DNA from: Tetramitus jugosus
Taxonomy: Eukaryota; Protista; Heterolobosea
DNA length: 64,000 bases
NCBI GenBank assembly: GCA_937625935.1
Contig: OW569376.1
Span: forward strand, 372,001 to 436,000
Reading direction: 5' to 3'
Shown here: one piece after another, positions 1 to 10,410 of the stretch
Numbering within the stretch: the first letter of the stretch is position 1
Layout: the number at the start of each line of letters is the position of its first letter
Notes under the pieces: generated by a model
The model's input: only the letters and a program-made list of their open reading frames with translations
The model's database searches: none
What the model was told of the DNA's origin: nothing
Translations under genes and position numbers: made by a program

Positions 1-824
1 GCTACGAACAGAGTGACTCTCAATGTTTCCATATCACTACCATAGTATCTCTGAACGAATTGGAACTCTAGATCCGAGTCGACAAACCACTGACTGAACC
101 AGTATTGATGATCCTTTGTTTGCATTGGTTTCTTTTGCGCTAAAGAACCTGTTTTAAAGGTTCCGGAGGTTGTTGAGGAGGCAGTTGGAGGAGAGACTTC
201 AAAAGACTGGATAATAGCAGGAATTTGAGAGTGTGGTTGAATCAATAGACTTGTTGCATTCCCGCTCCCCCTTCTCTCCATAATAGACTGCTTAGCATCG
301 GGACTGTTAACACGAGTCCCCTGGTGGTGGTGTTGAATCGCCCCATCGGTACTTTGAGCTCGTAATAAAGCACTGCCAAGTCGGTCCTTGACGTCCACAT
401 TCTCCTGCAAAAAACTTGTGAAAATATTGTTCTCTCCTGGCGATGTTTGTCGCGAAAAATGTTGACGCAAAGCGCGCAAGGCTGGTTGACTGACCACTGG
501 CGGAGCAGAGAAAGTTCCTGAACCAAATGTAACTGCCGTGTATGGACTGTGAACAATGGTTGGAGTTGTGGAAGTACTGGAAGCAGTCCTGCTTGATTCA
601 GGTGTGTGAACTGAGATGCTGAGATTGCGAGGCAGTGAAGCACGTCTCTTGATCCACTTGCGATTCGTGGAGAGACCTATTCGCTTTGGAACTTTTAATG
701 AGCCAGAACGTTTCTGCTCTGGTTCTTCCACCTCACCGTTGTTTAATTGTAAATTGTGCTCGCTGCCGTGATTGACGTTCGATGAATCCTCGTCTAATAA
801 CGGTTGATACTTCATTTCCTGCAT
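1..824 (-). CDS. Partial CDS running off the left edge: Ser/Thr-rich N-terminus then the start of a membrane domain, possibly a transmembrane class III nucleotide cyclase or similar receptor enzyme
   Basis: Hand translation: ATG at 824 (MQEMKYQPLLDEDS...) stays open for 274 codons to position 1, ending ...WFVDSDLEFQFVQRYYGSDMETLRVTLFV. The F-x-D-x-x-LE-x-x-F-x-x-x-YY pattern resembles the pre-TM segment of membrane adenylyl cyclases. Not in the ORF track because there is no stop in the window. Product call is weak. Confidence 0.65.
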   Translation of the reverse strand, partial: MQEMKYQPLLDEDSSNVNHGSEHNLQLNNGEVEEPEQKRSGSLKVPKRIGLSTNRKWIKRRASLPRNLSISVHTPESSRTASSTSTTPTIVHSPYTAVTFGSGTFSAPPVVSQPALRALRQHFSRQTSPGENNIFTSFLQENVDVKDRLGSALLRAQSTDGAIQHHHQGTRVNSPDAKQSIMERRGSGNATSLLIQPHSQIPAIIQSFEVSPPTASSTTSGTFKTGSLAQKKPMQTKDHQYWFSQWFVDSDLEFQFVQRYYGSDMETLRVTLFV

Positions 825-1177
825 ATTTTGTTAAATCTTCTTGTTCTTCATTTACACTTTTCTGTGAATTTGCTGATATCAAGAGATGGTAATTTGAACA
901 CATTTCCCTTGTACAACACGTTGTGTTTACCATGTTTTTTTATATATAAAATATATAAAAAAACATGCGCCCAAAATACTTTGCTCCAGAGATCACAGAA
1001 TGTCCAAAAACACATCGGATTGTTTGTCGTTCGTTAAGCATCGAAGGAGTTCCTCAGGTATACACTTGCAATATATGGTAGGAGTGATAAATAATTAAAG
1101 TTTACAATATTGTAAATGACAATGTAGAAATTTGTACAAAATAAAACAACACGAAGGGAAACTGGGCAAGGAGCAGA

Positions 1178-2872
1178 TTAATCACCACGAGCCAAAACAC
1201 CTTGTTGAATACTCTTCTGAATACACAAATATCTTGTCAATTGCGTTTGGTATCTCTCATCTCCCAGTTGCAACAGAAGATCAATTTTACAACTAACCAA
1301 CTGTTTGATCCCTTCGTGATCCGAGCCAACTCTCTTCATTCCATGATCGAGCACGCCTAATGCCTCATGAGTTTGATTGTTGTGAAAGAAATGATAGGCA
1401 ATAGCCGTGTAAGGATAGTAGTAATGAGGGAATCGTCTCATTAGATCAATGTAGGACTTGTGAGCCCTGTCATAATATCCCATCGAGTATTCACTGTCTG
1501 CCTGCTCTGTCAATAGAGTCATAATCAAGTCCATGTTCTTCACATGGCGCAACAGACATTCCAAATCCTTTTCGGCCTCCTCATATCTATTCATCACTGA
1601 AAAAACGTCTCTGCGGTGCAAGTACACGACATAGAGCGAAGGAAACAGTGTGATCGCTCGACCATAACTGCTCAAAGCTCTATCCAGCTCATTCAATTTA
1701 TGAAAACATCGACCAATCTTAAACAAACAAAGACTGTCCCAATATTCATGCACTATCTTGATATCCTTTGGATGGTTACACACACTTTTGGCCATCTTAA
1801 ACATGTGAATTGCGTCATAATGTCTGTCGTATTCATACATTGCGACACCCATGTGATAATATGCAACCATTGCATTCAATCGATGATTTTTGCAGTGGTC
1901 AATCGCCTTCTGATAGAAAGACATGGCAGCCTTCAAGTTCTTCTCTAGTTCACACGAGTAACCAAACAATACCAATGACCAATACTCTAATAACCTCAAC
2001 GAAACATGAATGCAATCATTTTTCAGCAACTTGAGATCTGTTGTTTGTTGTTTTCCTTGTTTTTCTCGCTGTTGTTGTTCATTCAAATGATGATCATCAT
2101 TCTCTGACTCTTCTTGTTGTTCAGACAAAATGTGCTTGTCTTTGCTTGACATTGACTGAATATCACCATGCACAGAATCCAAGCAATCACACACTGAACG
2201 AATCGCCAAACGACAAAATTGTTTGCTCTTCATCTCATCGTGATTGGAATGGAGATAGAATAGACTTGCCTTGTACAGTGCCTTGTAGTATTGACCGTGA
2301 GAAGCAATGAGAACTTGGTTGATGAGTAGAGCTGATTCATTGAATTGATTGGAAGCGAGATAAATGTCAGACCAGAGGAGAGTCAGATCCCAGCGGTGAT
2401 CATGTTGATGATCATGCTGCTGATCTCGTTGTTGTTGTTGTTGTTGGGAGTGATGACTCTTTTTTTTCTTCTTTTTGTGGTGGTTGTTGGGTGATGATGA
2501 TTTTTTGGATGTAGCTACGCCATCACTATCGTCACAGTGGTGATCATTAGCTTCAAGTGAAGAAGAACTTGGTTGGAATTGTGGTGGTGCTGCTGCGGCA
2601 GAAGAACCTAAAAACTGCTGTTGTTCTTGTTCTTGATCAATTTCATCAGAGCTTTGGAGTGAAGCTGTCTGCGCAGCAGCTGTAAGTGGGCTTTGATTTT
2701 TGGCGCCAAAAAAATGGCGCGAATCTGAAGTTTGAGGGCTATCACGACTCATGGGTGCAGTGATAGGTGGTTGTGCATTATTAATAATGGCAGGGAAAGT
2801 ATCGTTGTGTATTACATGAAATTGATATGGTATTTGTGTGTTGGTGAATGGTTGATGTTCAATCGTTTTCAT
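1178..2872 (-). CDS. TPR-repeat protein with low-complexity N-terminus
   Basis: ORF track 1178..2911; probable ATG at 2872 (MKTIEHQ). TPR-like helices: AYYHMGVAMYEYDRHYDAI, CLFKIGRCFHKLNELDRALSSYGRAITLFP, YLHRRDVFSVMNRYEEAEKD. Confidence 0.8.
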   Translation of the reverse strand: MKTIEHQPFTNTQIPYQFHVIHNDTFPAIINNAQPPITAPMSRDSPQTSDSRHFFGAKNQSPLTAAAQTASLQSSDEIDQEQEQQQFLGSSAAAAPPQFQPSSSSLEANDHHCDDSDGVATSKKSSSPNNHHKKKKKKSHHSQQQQQQRDQQHDHQHDHRWDLTLLWSDIYLASNQFNESALLINQVLIASHGQYYKALYKASLFYLHSNHDEMKSKQFCRLAIRSVCDCLDSVHGDIQSMSSKDKHILSEQQEESENDDHHLNEQQQREKQGKQQTTDLKLLKNDCIHVSLRLLEYWSLVLFGYSCELEKNLKAAMSFYQKAIDHCKNHRLNAMVAYYHMGVAMYEYDRHYDAIHMFKMAKSVCNHPKDIKIVHEYWDSLCLFKIGRCFHKLNELDRALSSYGRAITLFPSLYVVYLHRRDVFSVMNRYEEAEKDLECLLRHVKNMDLIMTLLTEQADSEYSMGYYDRAHKSYIDLMRRFPHYYYPYTAIAYHFFHNNQTHEALGVLDHGMKRVGSDHEGIKQLVSCKIDLLLQLGDERYQTQLTRYLCIQKSIQQGVLARGD

Positions 2873-3003
2873 GAGCTGTTTCCGAAACAAAACAACAAAA
2901 AACACATCCAAAACAACAAAAAGCTTTGTTCTTCTCTGGAAATAATTTTATTTCCTCCTCAGTTCAATTTCAATTTTGCCTTCAATCGGAAAAAATCACG
3001 AAC

Positions 3004-4881
3004 ATGCGGAGGAATTCTTCAACCTCCTGGATGATACTATCTGATCGGCAGGAGGAGTATGGTTGCTGCTGTGTTTTGGCTCAAATTCTTGCTCTTTATT
3101 TGGTCAAGTTCAAGTCTAGTTGTCGAGTGACTGCTGTTCAATTGTACTGTAGTGGACTCGAATACAGTGAAGCGGAGGATCAGATCGTTTTGCTCAGTGA
3201 GCCCATGATCCGCATGCTACAGGAACTGGGTCAATGGTCCAAATTGGAACCGTGTTGTTTGCATGTGAGTCGAGTGTTCGATTCACGGCGGATTCACTCT
3301 TTACAGGATATATTGCTGTATACGGTGGCAAGATCTGACTTGTATAATGTGTTGTCTGAAGAGTGGAAGACATGTGTGGAAGGTGGCGCCATTGAAGTTG
3401 TGAATCTGGATGTGTTTAGTCTGAGTTCACTCGAGTTGGTTGATCAACAACAACAGAGTGTTGAGTTTAGGTATAACTCTGTGGGAGAACAAGACCAGGA
3501 ACAAAGCGCAGTGATTCACTCTGATTTTGTCGCTTGTTTCTCTGTGCTGATCAGCATTTATAATACGATTGGAAAATGTACGAGTGCGAACCGGTTTGGA
3601 CTAGATCGTTTCTATGAACAATTCTATGTTGAATGGATGCCCTGTTTCACATCTAGTTTTATTGCTTCGAACGAACATGTTTGGAATCCAACGACCCTTA
3701 ATAGGGAAGATCAACGAGATGAACAATTTGAATTATTGGATAACACGAGTGATGATAATCTGGGAACTGTTCACACAAATGCAGTATCTGTCGCATCAAC
3801 TATTGTTGATCCAAATAGAGAGTTCATATCGAACATTATTCTTCAACCATCGAGTGAAATGGAGGATAATTCTCAACAATTAGTACCGCTAACGAATGGA
3901 AGCGCTATTTCGGATCGGCCTGGCTTATTTTCTTCTTTTAAGCCACGGATGTTAAGCGATAATGTAGACTATAGTCATCAAGAAGTGATACACTCAAATA
4001 TTTATATCTCAAGTGGAACAGATAACTCAAATGGTACGTTTATACCTCTAACCAAGCAGAGAAATGGAGCTATTGTCATATCTAAGAATCACGATGATCA
4101 TGTTGCAAATATGTCCTCTTTGTTCTCGTCAGAACTCTCATTGTTCTATCAGGGAACACTAAAAGCGAAATCTATGACCAAACAAATGGCAGATATAAAA
4201 TGCCAGAGAAGATATCAACAGCCAGCTAATGTGTTCTGTCTAACAGAATGCAGATATGGTAGCTCGCTGCATCCAATTATTCGATTTCATTGCTACTCCC
4301 ACGAACTCTACTGTTTCTTAAATGAGATTATCGATCGAATCTCAACAGATGAAAGACAACACGATCTAACACAATATGTGATGCAATTTGAGAAGGATAT
4401 GGAATCCTTTTACTCTTCGGCAAAGCAATTTACAAAAGTCTCAATTGAGACTTCCTGGTCAGATAAGGTCAAGAATAACACTTCTCAACTGTTCAAATCA
4501 TTGATTTCCTGGACTACAAGCAACTACTTGAAGAATGCCAACTCTATAGTTTCCAATGTTTTAAGTAACAGCAATGTAGATTTCGTGTCAATACTGCAAA
4601 CAACAAACGTATGGTATGATCAACACCATCATGAGCAGAAACTTAAGAAGCATATGGAAGTTGCAACTCAACCGACACCTGACCATACGCTACTATATCA
4701 ATACAATCCAGCAACAACTTCAATGACCGACACAAAGGCCTTGCGAGACACTGAAAAACTCCCCAGCATTGTACCCAGTCAGCCAAGGCCCAAAAAACCG
4801 AAATCTACTCATGGTTCCTTGCAAAGAGAACCACAATCCAGACGAATTGAAATCTTCCTCAACCAAATCTTTCCAAAATGA
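3004..4881 (+). CDS. Hypothetical protein (~625 aa), divergently transcribed from the TPR gene
   Basis: Long uninterrupted ORF; first ATG at 3004; no motif recognised. Confidence 0.7.
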   Translation: MRRNSSTSWMILSDRQEEYGCCCVLAQILALYLVKFKSSCRVTAVQLYCSGLEYSEAEDQIVLLSEPMIRMLQELGQWSKLEPCCLHVSRVFDSRRIHSLQDILLYTVARSDLYNVLSEEWKTCVEGGAIEVVNLDVFSLSSLELVDQQQQSVEFRYNSVGEQDQEQSAVIHSDFVACFSVLISIYNTIGKCTSANRFGLDRFYEQFYVEWMPCFTSSFIASNEHVWNPTTLNREDQRDEQFELLDNTSDDNLGTVHTNAVSVASTIVDPNREFISNIILQPSSEMEDNSQQLVPLTNGSAISDRPGLFSSFKPRMLSDNVDYSHQEVIHSNIYISSGTDNSNGTFIPLTKQRNGAIVISKNHDDHVANMSSLFSSELSLFYQGTLKAKSMTKQMADIKCQRRYQQPANVFCLTECRYGSSLHPIIRFHCYSHELYCFLNEIIDRISTDERQHDLTQYVMQFEKDMESFYSSAKQFTKVSIETSWSDKVKNNTSQLFKSLISWTTSNYLKNANSIVSNVLSNSNVDFVSILQTTNVWYDQHHHEQKLKKHMEVATQPTPDHTLLYQYNPATTSMTDTKALRDTEKLPSIVPSQPRPKKPKSTHGSLQREPQSRRIEIFLNQIFPK

Positions 4882-5002
4882 TACATGTCTGGCTCAGCAA
4901 CATCCCCTTTCATGTTTCACAAAAATTTAATATTTTATTCTAATAATCTTTACTATTTATCGGTTCGAAACAAATAATCTCACAACAGACAATTGCTTCT
5001 TC

Positions 5003-5650
5003 TTAAGCCAATTTCTTTTGCTTGAAGAATGACTTCAAGTGAGTCACTTGCCATGCACCACAGGCCAACAACACAAAACTCATCAAGAATCCAAAGTAAA
5101 ACACTCTGCGATCAATGCTGTCAGATGTCTCCCTGAATCTCTCTTCTCTCGATTTGAAATAGGACTGATCGGACTGAATATATGAAATCTTGTCCTTCAA
5201 CTTCTCCAACAATCCATTAATGTTCTCCAATCGATCCTTTGACTCCAATTTTTCATAATGCTTTGCATCATCATCAATATCGACTCTAATTTCCATCTTT
5301 GTTTCACTCTCTCTTGCCAAATAGGCTTGGAAACACACTTCATACACTCCATTCACTTGACTCAAGCTCTTGAATGGCACAACAGCGTCCCAATGCTCCA
5401 AATTCTTTTGAAGCATGACATTGCCGAATGGATCAGACACTTCGACCTTTAATTGAACATTTTTTGGGTCTGTTTTCATGAGAGGTAGCTTGTAGCCCAC
5501 AATGACTTGAGTGTTCTCATTGAGGTCTTCCATGAAGCACTGTGCTCGCCCTGAAGACAGTTTGACAAAGAGACATGAACTGTATTGTAGGAGGGTAGCC
5601 AGGATGACGAGAAGAAGGAGTGTTGATTTGATGCTGGAGTTGTTGTACAT
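5003..5650 (-). CDS. p24/emp24/gp25L (TMED) GOLD-domain cargo receptor
   Basis: Signal peptide (MYNNSSIKSTLLLLVIL...), GOLD cysteines (QCFMED, YEVCF), coiled coil YFKSREERFR, TM helix and C-terminal WQVTHLKSFFKQKKLA (FF plus KKxx motif). Confidence 0.93.
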   Translation of the reverse strand: MYNNSSIKSTLLLLVILATLLQYSSCLFVKLSSGRAQCFMEDLNENTQVIVGYKLPLMKTDPKNVQLKVEVSDPFGNVMLQKNLEHWDAVVPFKSLSQVNGVYEVCFQAYLARESETKMEIRVDIDDDAKHYEKLESKDRLENINGLLEKLKDKISYIQSDQSYFKSREERFRETSDSIDRRVFYFGFLMSFVLLACGAWQVTHLKSFFKQKKLA

Positions 5651-6070
5651 TTTTTTTGCAGTTGTTCTTGTTTTTGTTTTGCTATGATGATTGCAATTTT
5701 TTTTTCGATGAAGGTTTCTCCGCTGTGAACGTGTCAAAGACAATTGGCTTCGAACATGAGGCACAAAAGGTCGAAACTGAGCAAAACTCCATAACTCAAC
5801 TGGAGTTTGTATCCAATGACCAACCAATGAACAAACTTCTCAAGCAACAAAGAACTCTGATGACAACAACTGAACTTCTGCTGAACATTCCCGCACTATG
5901 GCATTTTCGCGGCCAAATTCAAATGTCCTACTGGCCGATTATCCTTTTTTTAGCTCAGAAAACAAACGAAAAAGCAAACACAGGAGCTTTTCCAATCAAG
6001 CAAAGCAAAAAACACATTCGCATCATCAACCTGACGCAACAACAACAACAACCATCACAAAAATACAAAA

Positions 6071-6847
6071 ATGAGCAACAACAACAACAATAAACTCTCA
6101 CTCAACAGTGCCATGGAAACCCTTCAATCCATGTTTCCTGACTTTGATCAAGAAACCATTAAAAAAACACTGTACAAGACCAATGGTCACATGGAACGAA
6201 CGATTGAACACTTGTTGAACTTGCAAGAATCAAACATGAATCATCACAATTATGACACTACATCATCACCCATGTCTCCTCACATTCCACCACCTTCTAC
6301 TACTACTACAGCTACTACAGTTCGAACAACAACAACAACAACAACAACAGCTAATAATAAATCAACAAAATTGAGACATAATTTACCATCATCTTTCCTT
6401 CGATACAATGACAGTGATGACGATGATGAAAATGAATCAACTAATAATACTAATAGTAATAACAAGAATAGAGGTGGTAATAAATCTCAATTACAAGAGA
6501 TGAATGATGAGGCGTATGCGAGAGAACTACAGAGAAAAATGATGATGGAAGAAGCTTTTCATCGAACACCAAACACACCATCTTCACGCACTACTACTAC
6601 TACGACTACTACAAGTGCTGCAACAGGTGCACAAAAAGTACAAGGTGCAAAAACAACAAAGGAATCCATGAGAGGATTCGGAGTGAACAATCGACCTGTT
6701 TCTTCCAGTTTCAGTGATCGAATGAGAAGAAAATTGGCAGATTTCAAGGACAAGATAACCAGTAGAGATCAACAACAAGCGCAAAATCGAACAAGGAATC
6801 GGGGTGATGATGATGAGGATCTCTGGGATCAGGAAGATAATTTATAA
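6071..6847 (+). CDS. CUE-domain (ubiquitin-binding) protein with a possible UIM-like segment
   Basis: LQSMFPDFDQETIKKTL...GHMERTIEHLL carries the CUE MFP...LL signature; later DEAYARELQ. Confidence 0.85.
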   Translation: MSNNNNNKLSLNSAMETLQSMFPDFDQETIKKTLYKTNGHMERTIEHLLNLQESNMNHHNYDTTSSPMSPHIPPPSTTTTATTVRTTTTTTTTANNKSTKLRHNLPSSFLRYNDSDDDDENESTNNTNSNNKNRGGNKSQLQEMNDEAYARELQRKMMMEEAFHRTPNTPSSRTTTTTTTTSAATGAQKVQGAKTTKESMRGFGVNNRPVSSSFSDRMRRKLADFKDKITSRDQQQAQNRTRNRGDDDEDLWDQEDNL

Positions 6848-7546
6848 GTTGGTTTGTTACCTCTTGTCCTTTGTAAAATAAAAAAGAAGAGTAGAACATT
6901 AAAATGTGAACCTATCCCTAACTTTTATTGAGCAAATACACTTTGTAGTTGTGCTGTTTTATTTGCTATTAGAGATCTACTTCCAATTGGCAGGATGGAT
7001 ATTTGGCAACCCCTTATGGAGATTCCCTGAATTTCTTCGTAAAGGCCTGTTTTTGAATCGTACATGTTCAACAGCGCTCTCCGCAATCTCTCGACTACGG
7101 TTTTCTCGCTGGCCGTTCAAAGGTCCAAGCTCAAAGAGGTAACAATCTCAAGATCCACTTCCAGAATGAGAAGTGGGTTAAACCAACATTAGAGTTTGAT
7201 ATTCAGAAGAAAGAAAAGTAAAAAGAACTTCGAAGGCTACATGGCTTCATTATTGGATAAACCACTCAGCAAGATCAACCTTATTCAGCACATAGAAGGC
7301 AAAGGTAGAAGTCGGAGGAAAGACCTGGGTCTTTACGAACACAAGAACAACAAGAAGCGTCTATGGAACCGATTGAGGTCCAAGCTACCCTCTTGTTCTC
7401 GAACAGTTATTGTAAAGCAGAGACAAGAACCACAAACTCTTAGTCCTGATGAAGAGGAACTCTTGTTCCTACATAGCAAAATGCCCCCGATTCGGAGAGT
7501 GGAATCCATAAAGATCATGACATCGTGATTATAATAAACAGATTAT

Positions 7547-9664
7547 TTACTCAATAATAACGAGAGGGGAGGAGGCAGGCGCATTCAGATTCAAATCATT
7601 ATCGGCCATGGTATCAAGAATGTGGAAGCTCTCTTGAGGAGGAGGTACTGTGTCTGTGTCTGGCGATCCAAGTCTTTCTCTTCTCGCGAGACACGTTCCT
7701 GTGATACCAGTCTTGTATTGACTATTCCTCTGTGTGAAGATGGCCTCTAATATCGGTGGCGTTATGGTTCCTTTCATGTCTACAAACGTACAAACACTGA
7801 ATCGGGTTACATTGGCAAACACCCGCTCTATCAATACACCGCACAACATTGTTGCTCGCTTGCAGGAGCTCTTTGCTGGCACCGACTCCAATTCAACACT
7901 CTTTTTAAGAATGACATACGAGTCCATGTCCTTGACAACCGATGTAGCAAGGACACAGTCCCTTGACTTGAAAGGGAAAGGCAGCATGTAGACATTGTGT
8001 GTCACAGCAGAGACAAGCCGTCTCGTATTATGAATAATTCTCGAGTTGTACTCTATGAATTTCATTTCTTTCAATGTGGAGTCACATTGATGCGCGTACT
8101 GTTGATCTATGAACGAGTGAAATACTTCGTCCATATCGAACGGAATGAGACAAGTCTCCTTGAATTTGGGGAATGATCTTTCCCTCTTTTCATCTTCAGT
8201 ATACTGAAACATGAATTTGCTCTTGTAAATCTCACTGTCCCTCTTTTTTGTTGCCCCGTCCAAGAGCTTCCACAGAGAACTGTCCGTAATTTGTTTCTTC
8301 ATTGACTCAAAATCCTCCTGTTTAAAGTAAGGATCATGCTTGTTGATTACAAGCTTGGTATCATAGTCCTCTGTAGCTGTATCCGAGTGAAGTTCCTGTA
8401 AAATCTCGAACAAGCTCATTGATGCAGTTCGTTGTAAACTTGGAGCGGCATCGTCAGTTCTTTGGTCAATGTTCTTCATGTGAGCTTGTAGCAAAAACGA
8501 TCCACCACCACTGGTCGTAGTAGGACTACCTGTCGTCGTATTGGTGTTCGTGATAGAACTCTCTTCGTCCTCCTCTTCATCATAATCCTCTTCATTTTCA
8601 TCACCATTACCACTTCCACCGTTATTCATCATCATGACAGACATCATCGAGTCCATGGACGTGGACGACGAACTAGAGTCCGCATGCTTGGGTCGTATCT
8701 GATACACTCTCATAAATTCCTCCTGGGACAATAGTCCGCCTTCAGTTGCCCCGCTGTAACTCATCTTTTCTTGGAAAAAGCGCTGAAATGTGGCGTGGTC
8801 CAAAAAACGCGGGAACACACCTTCTTTCAAGCCCAAGAACACGGCAAAGTAAACGCTGTCAAACAGGGAGCTAGAGACGGTGTTAGATGTCTTGCAAGCT
8901 TTCACCTTTCGTAACGTTTCTTCTCTCATGACATTTGCAATATTCAACTCCATGTCACTCTCAGTCTTAATAAATGTGTTGCATATCGATTTGGCGCATT
9001 GATACTTTTCTTCAAACGAATACGGTACATTGCCACCACCGCTACTATTGTTGCTGCTATTCATTCGCTCAAACTCTGTAATCTTCTCCAAAAATAACAT
9101 TGGCTCCAAATTGAATGTCAGTTCGAGATAATTCTTGAACTGTAGTTTCATGGACGTGTCTTGTTGATTGTTCCACATGGATTCGAACGAAAAATCATAA
9201 TTTTTCACCTCGTAGCTCTTGTTGATTGCTGCACTACTACTATTATTCGTACTGTTTCGATTCGTATTATTTCCGTTATTACTATTATTATTATTGTTAT
9301 TCGCAGTAGGTGATAGTGGAACTCTGGGTGTAGCACCATGAGTCGAACGATAGAGCACAAATGATGGAGAAGGAAGCATCATTGATGATGATGACGGAGA
9401 ATCATCACCACTGTTGCTAATACCACTGGAGAAGGGAAGTCTAGGAGATAGGAATGAGAGTCTAGGTAATCGATGAGTCTTTGTCTGTGTTTGTTGAGGA
9501 GGTTGTGTGAGATGAGCTTCGGATTGTGACCTCTTTTTACTGATCCAGTTGGAATCAGTTGTTGTTGAAGGAGACCCATCAGACAAATTATTATTATTAT
9601 TACTATTGTTGTTGTTGTTGTTGTTGTTGGAGGGGTGAGGTGAAGAGGAGCGATTGGATGGCAT
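7547..9664 (-). CDS. RGS-domain plus C-terminal START/SRPBCC-domain protein
   Basis: RGS: FKNYLELTFNLEPMLFL...AKSICNTFIKTESDMELNI...FDSVYFAVFLGLKEGVFPRFL. START: LPFPFKSRDCV...YVILKKSV...TRFSVCTFVDMKGTI. Confidence 0.8.
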   Translation of the reverse strand: MPSNRSSSPHPSNNNNNNNNSNNNNNLSDGSPSTTTDSNWISKKRSQSEAHLTQPPQQTQTKTHRLPRLSFLSPRLPFSSGISNSGDDSPSSSSMMLPSPSFVLYRSTHGATPRVPLSPTANNNNNNSNNGNNTNRNSTNNSSSAAINKSYEVKNYDFSFESMWNNQQDTSMKLQFKNYLELTFNLEPMLFLEKITEFERMNSSNNSSGGGNVPYSFEEKYQCAKSICNTFIKTESDMELNIANVMREETLRKVKACKTSNTVSSSLFDSVYFAVFLGLKEGVFPRFLDHATFQRFFQEKMSYSGATEGGLLSQEEFMRVYQIRPKHADSSSSSTSMDSMMSVMMMNNGGSGNGDENEEDYDEEEDEESSITNTNTTTGSPTTTSGGGSFLLQAHMKNIDQRTDDAAPSLQRTASMSLFEILQELHSDTATEDYDTKLVINKHDPYFKQEDFESMKKQITDSSLWKLLDGATKKRDSEIYKSKFMFQYTEDEKRERSFPKFKETCLIPFDMDEVFHSFIDQQYAHQCDSTLKEMKFIEYNSRIIHNTRRLVSAVTHNVYMLPFPFKSRDCVLATSVVKDMDSYVILKKSVELESVPAKSSCKRATMLCGVLIERVFANVTRFSVCTFVDMKGTITPPILEAIFTQRNSQYKTGITGTCLARRERLGSPDTDTVPPPQESFHILDTMADNDLNLNAPASSPLVIIE

Positions 9665-10410
9665 GATGTGTGTGGGGTGTTTTCTCTTGACTCTATGTAT
9701 GTGTCGTTGTTATTTACTTATTCTTGATATTTTTGTTGTTGGTAGTTGTTGAATTGTGTTGGCTCCCTTGTTTCACCCAACTCTCTCTCAATCGTGTGTT
9801 AATTTTTGTGTTTGGGTTTTGTTTGGACAAGTCGTTCGTTACTCGCTGTTGTGTTTTTGGTGCTTGTCGAATGCGCAACTTTCTCACAGAGTGGTTGTGA
9901 CAAGTGGGAAACATCAGTTCGCTCCAGTCAACTGTCAACAGCCAAGTCTATTTTTAAAACGATATCAATTTTGGTAAGAAAAATACAGAGTAAGAAAATC
10001 AGATCTCTGGAAGTAATCCCACATGATCCGCCCCACCATCTCCCTATGCCAAACTTCCTCTTGTGGTTTTGTTCTCTTTCAGGACGTGGTGCCCACTAAT
10101 GTTCTACCATGTCCACAAGTTTCGACAGAACCTTAGAAAATTACTAATACTCTTGCAAGGTTGTGTTGTCAAAGAGGAATGAACAGAAATGATGCAAAAG
10201 TTATCCATGTTTCACGAACCAAAATCTGTACCAGGTAGCGCAGTACCCAACACAGCGAACAGCACAAATGCTCCTCTTCGAATTCAACAAGTCCGTAAAG
10301 AAGATATTTTTGAAGAACGAACATTTCTCTCCGACAGAATCGAAAAAAAAAACTTGTTGGAACAAACAGCAAAGAAAACAGAAACACAACCATAAAACAT
10401 TCCCTTCGCC

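Noticed and set aside
242-933. Track ORFs 242-643 and 733-933
   Set aside because: Alternative frames of the longer open frame 1-824.
10189-10395. 68-aa ORF just upstream of VPS45
   Set aside because: Overlaps the A-rich promoter/leader and has no motif; cannot be supported as a gene.
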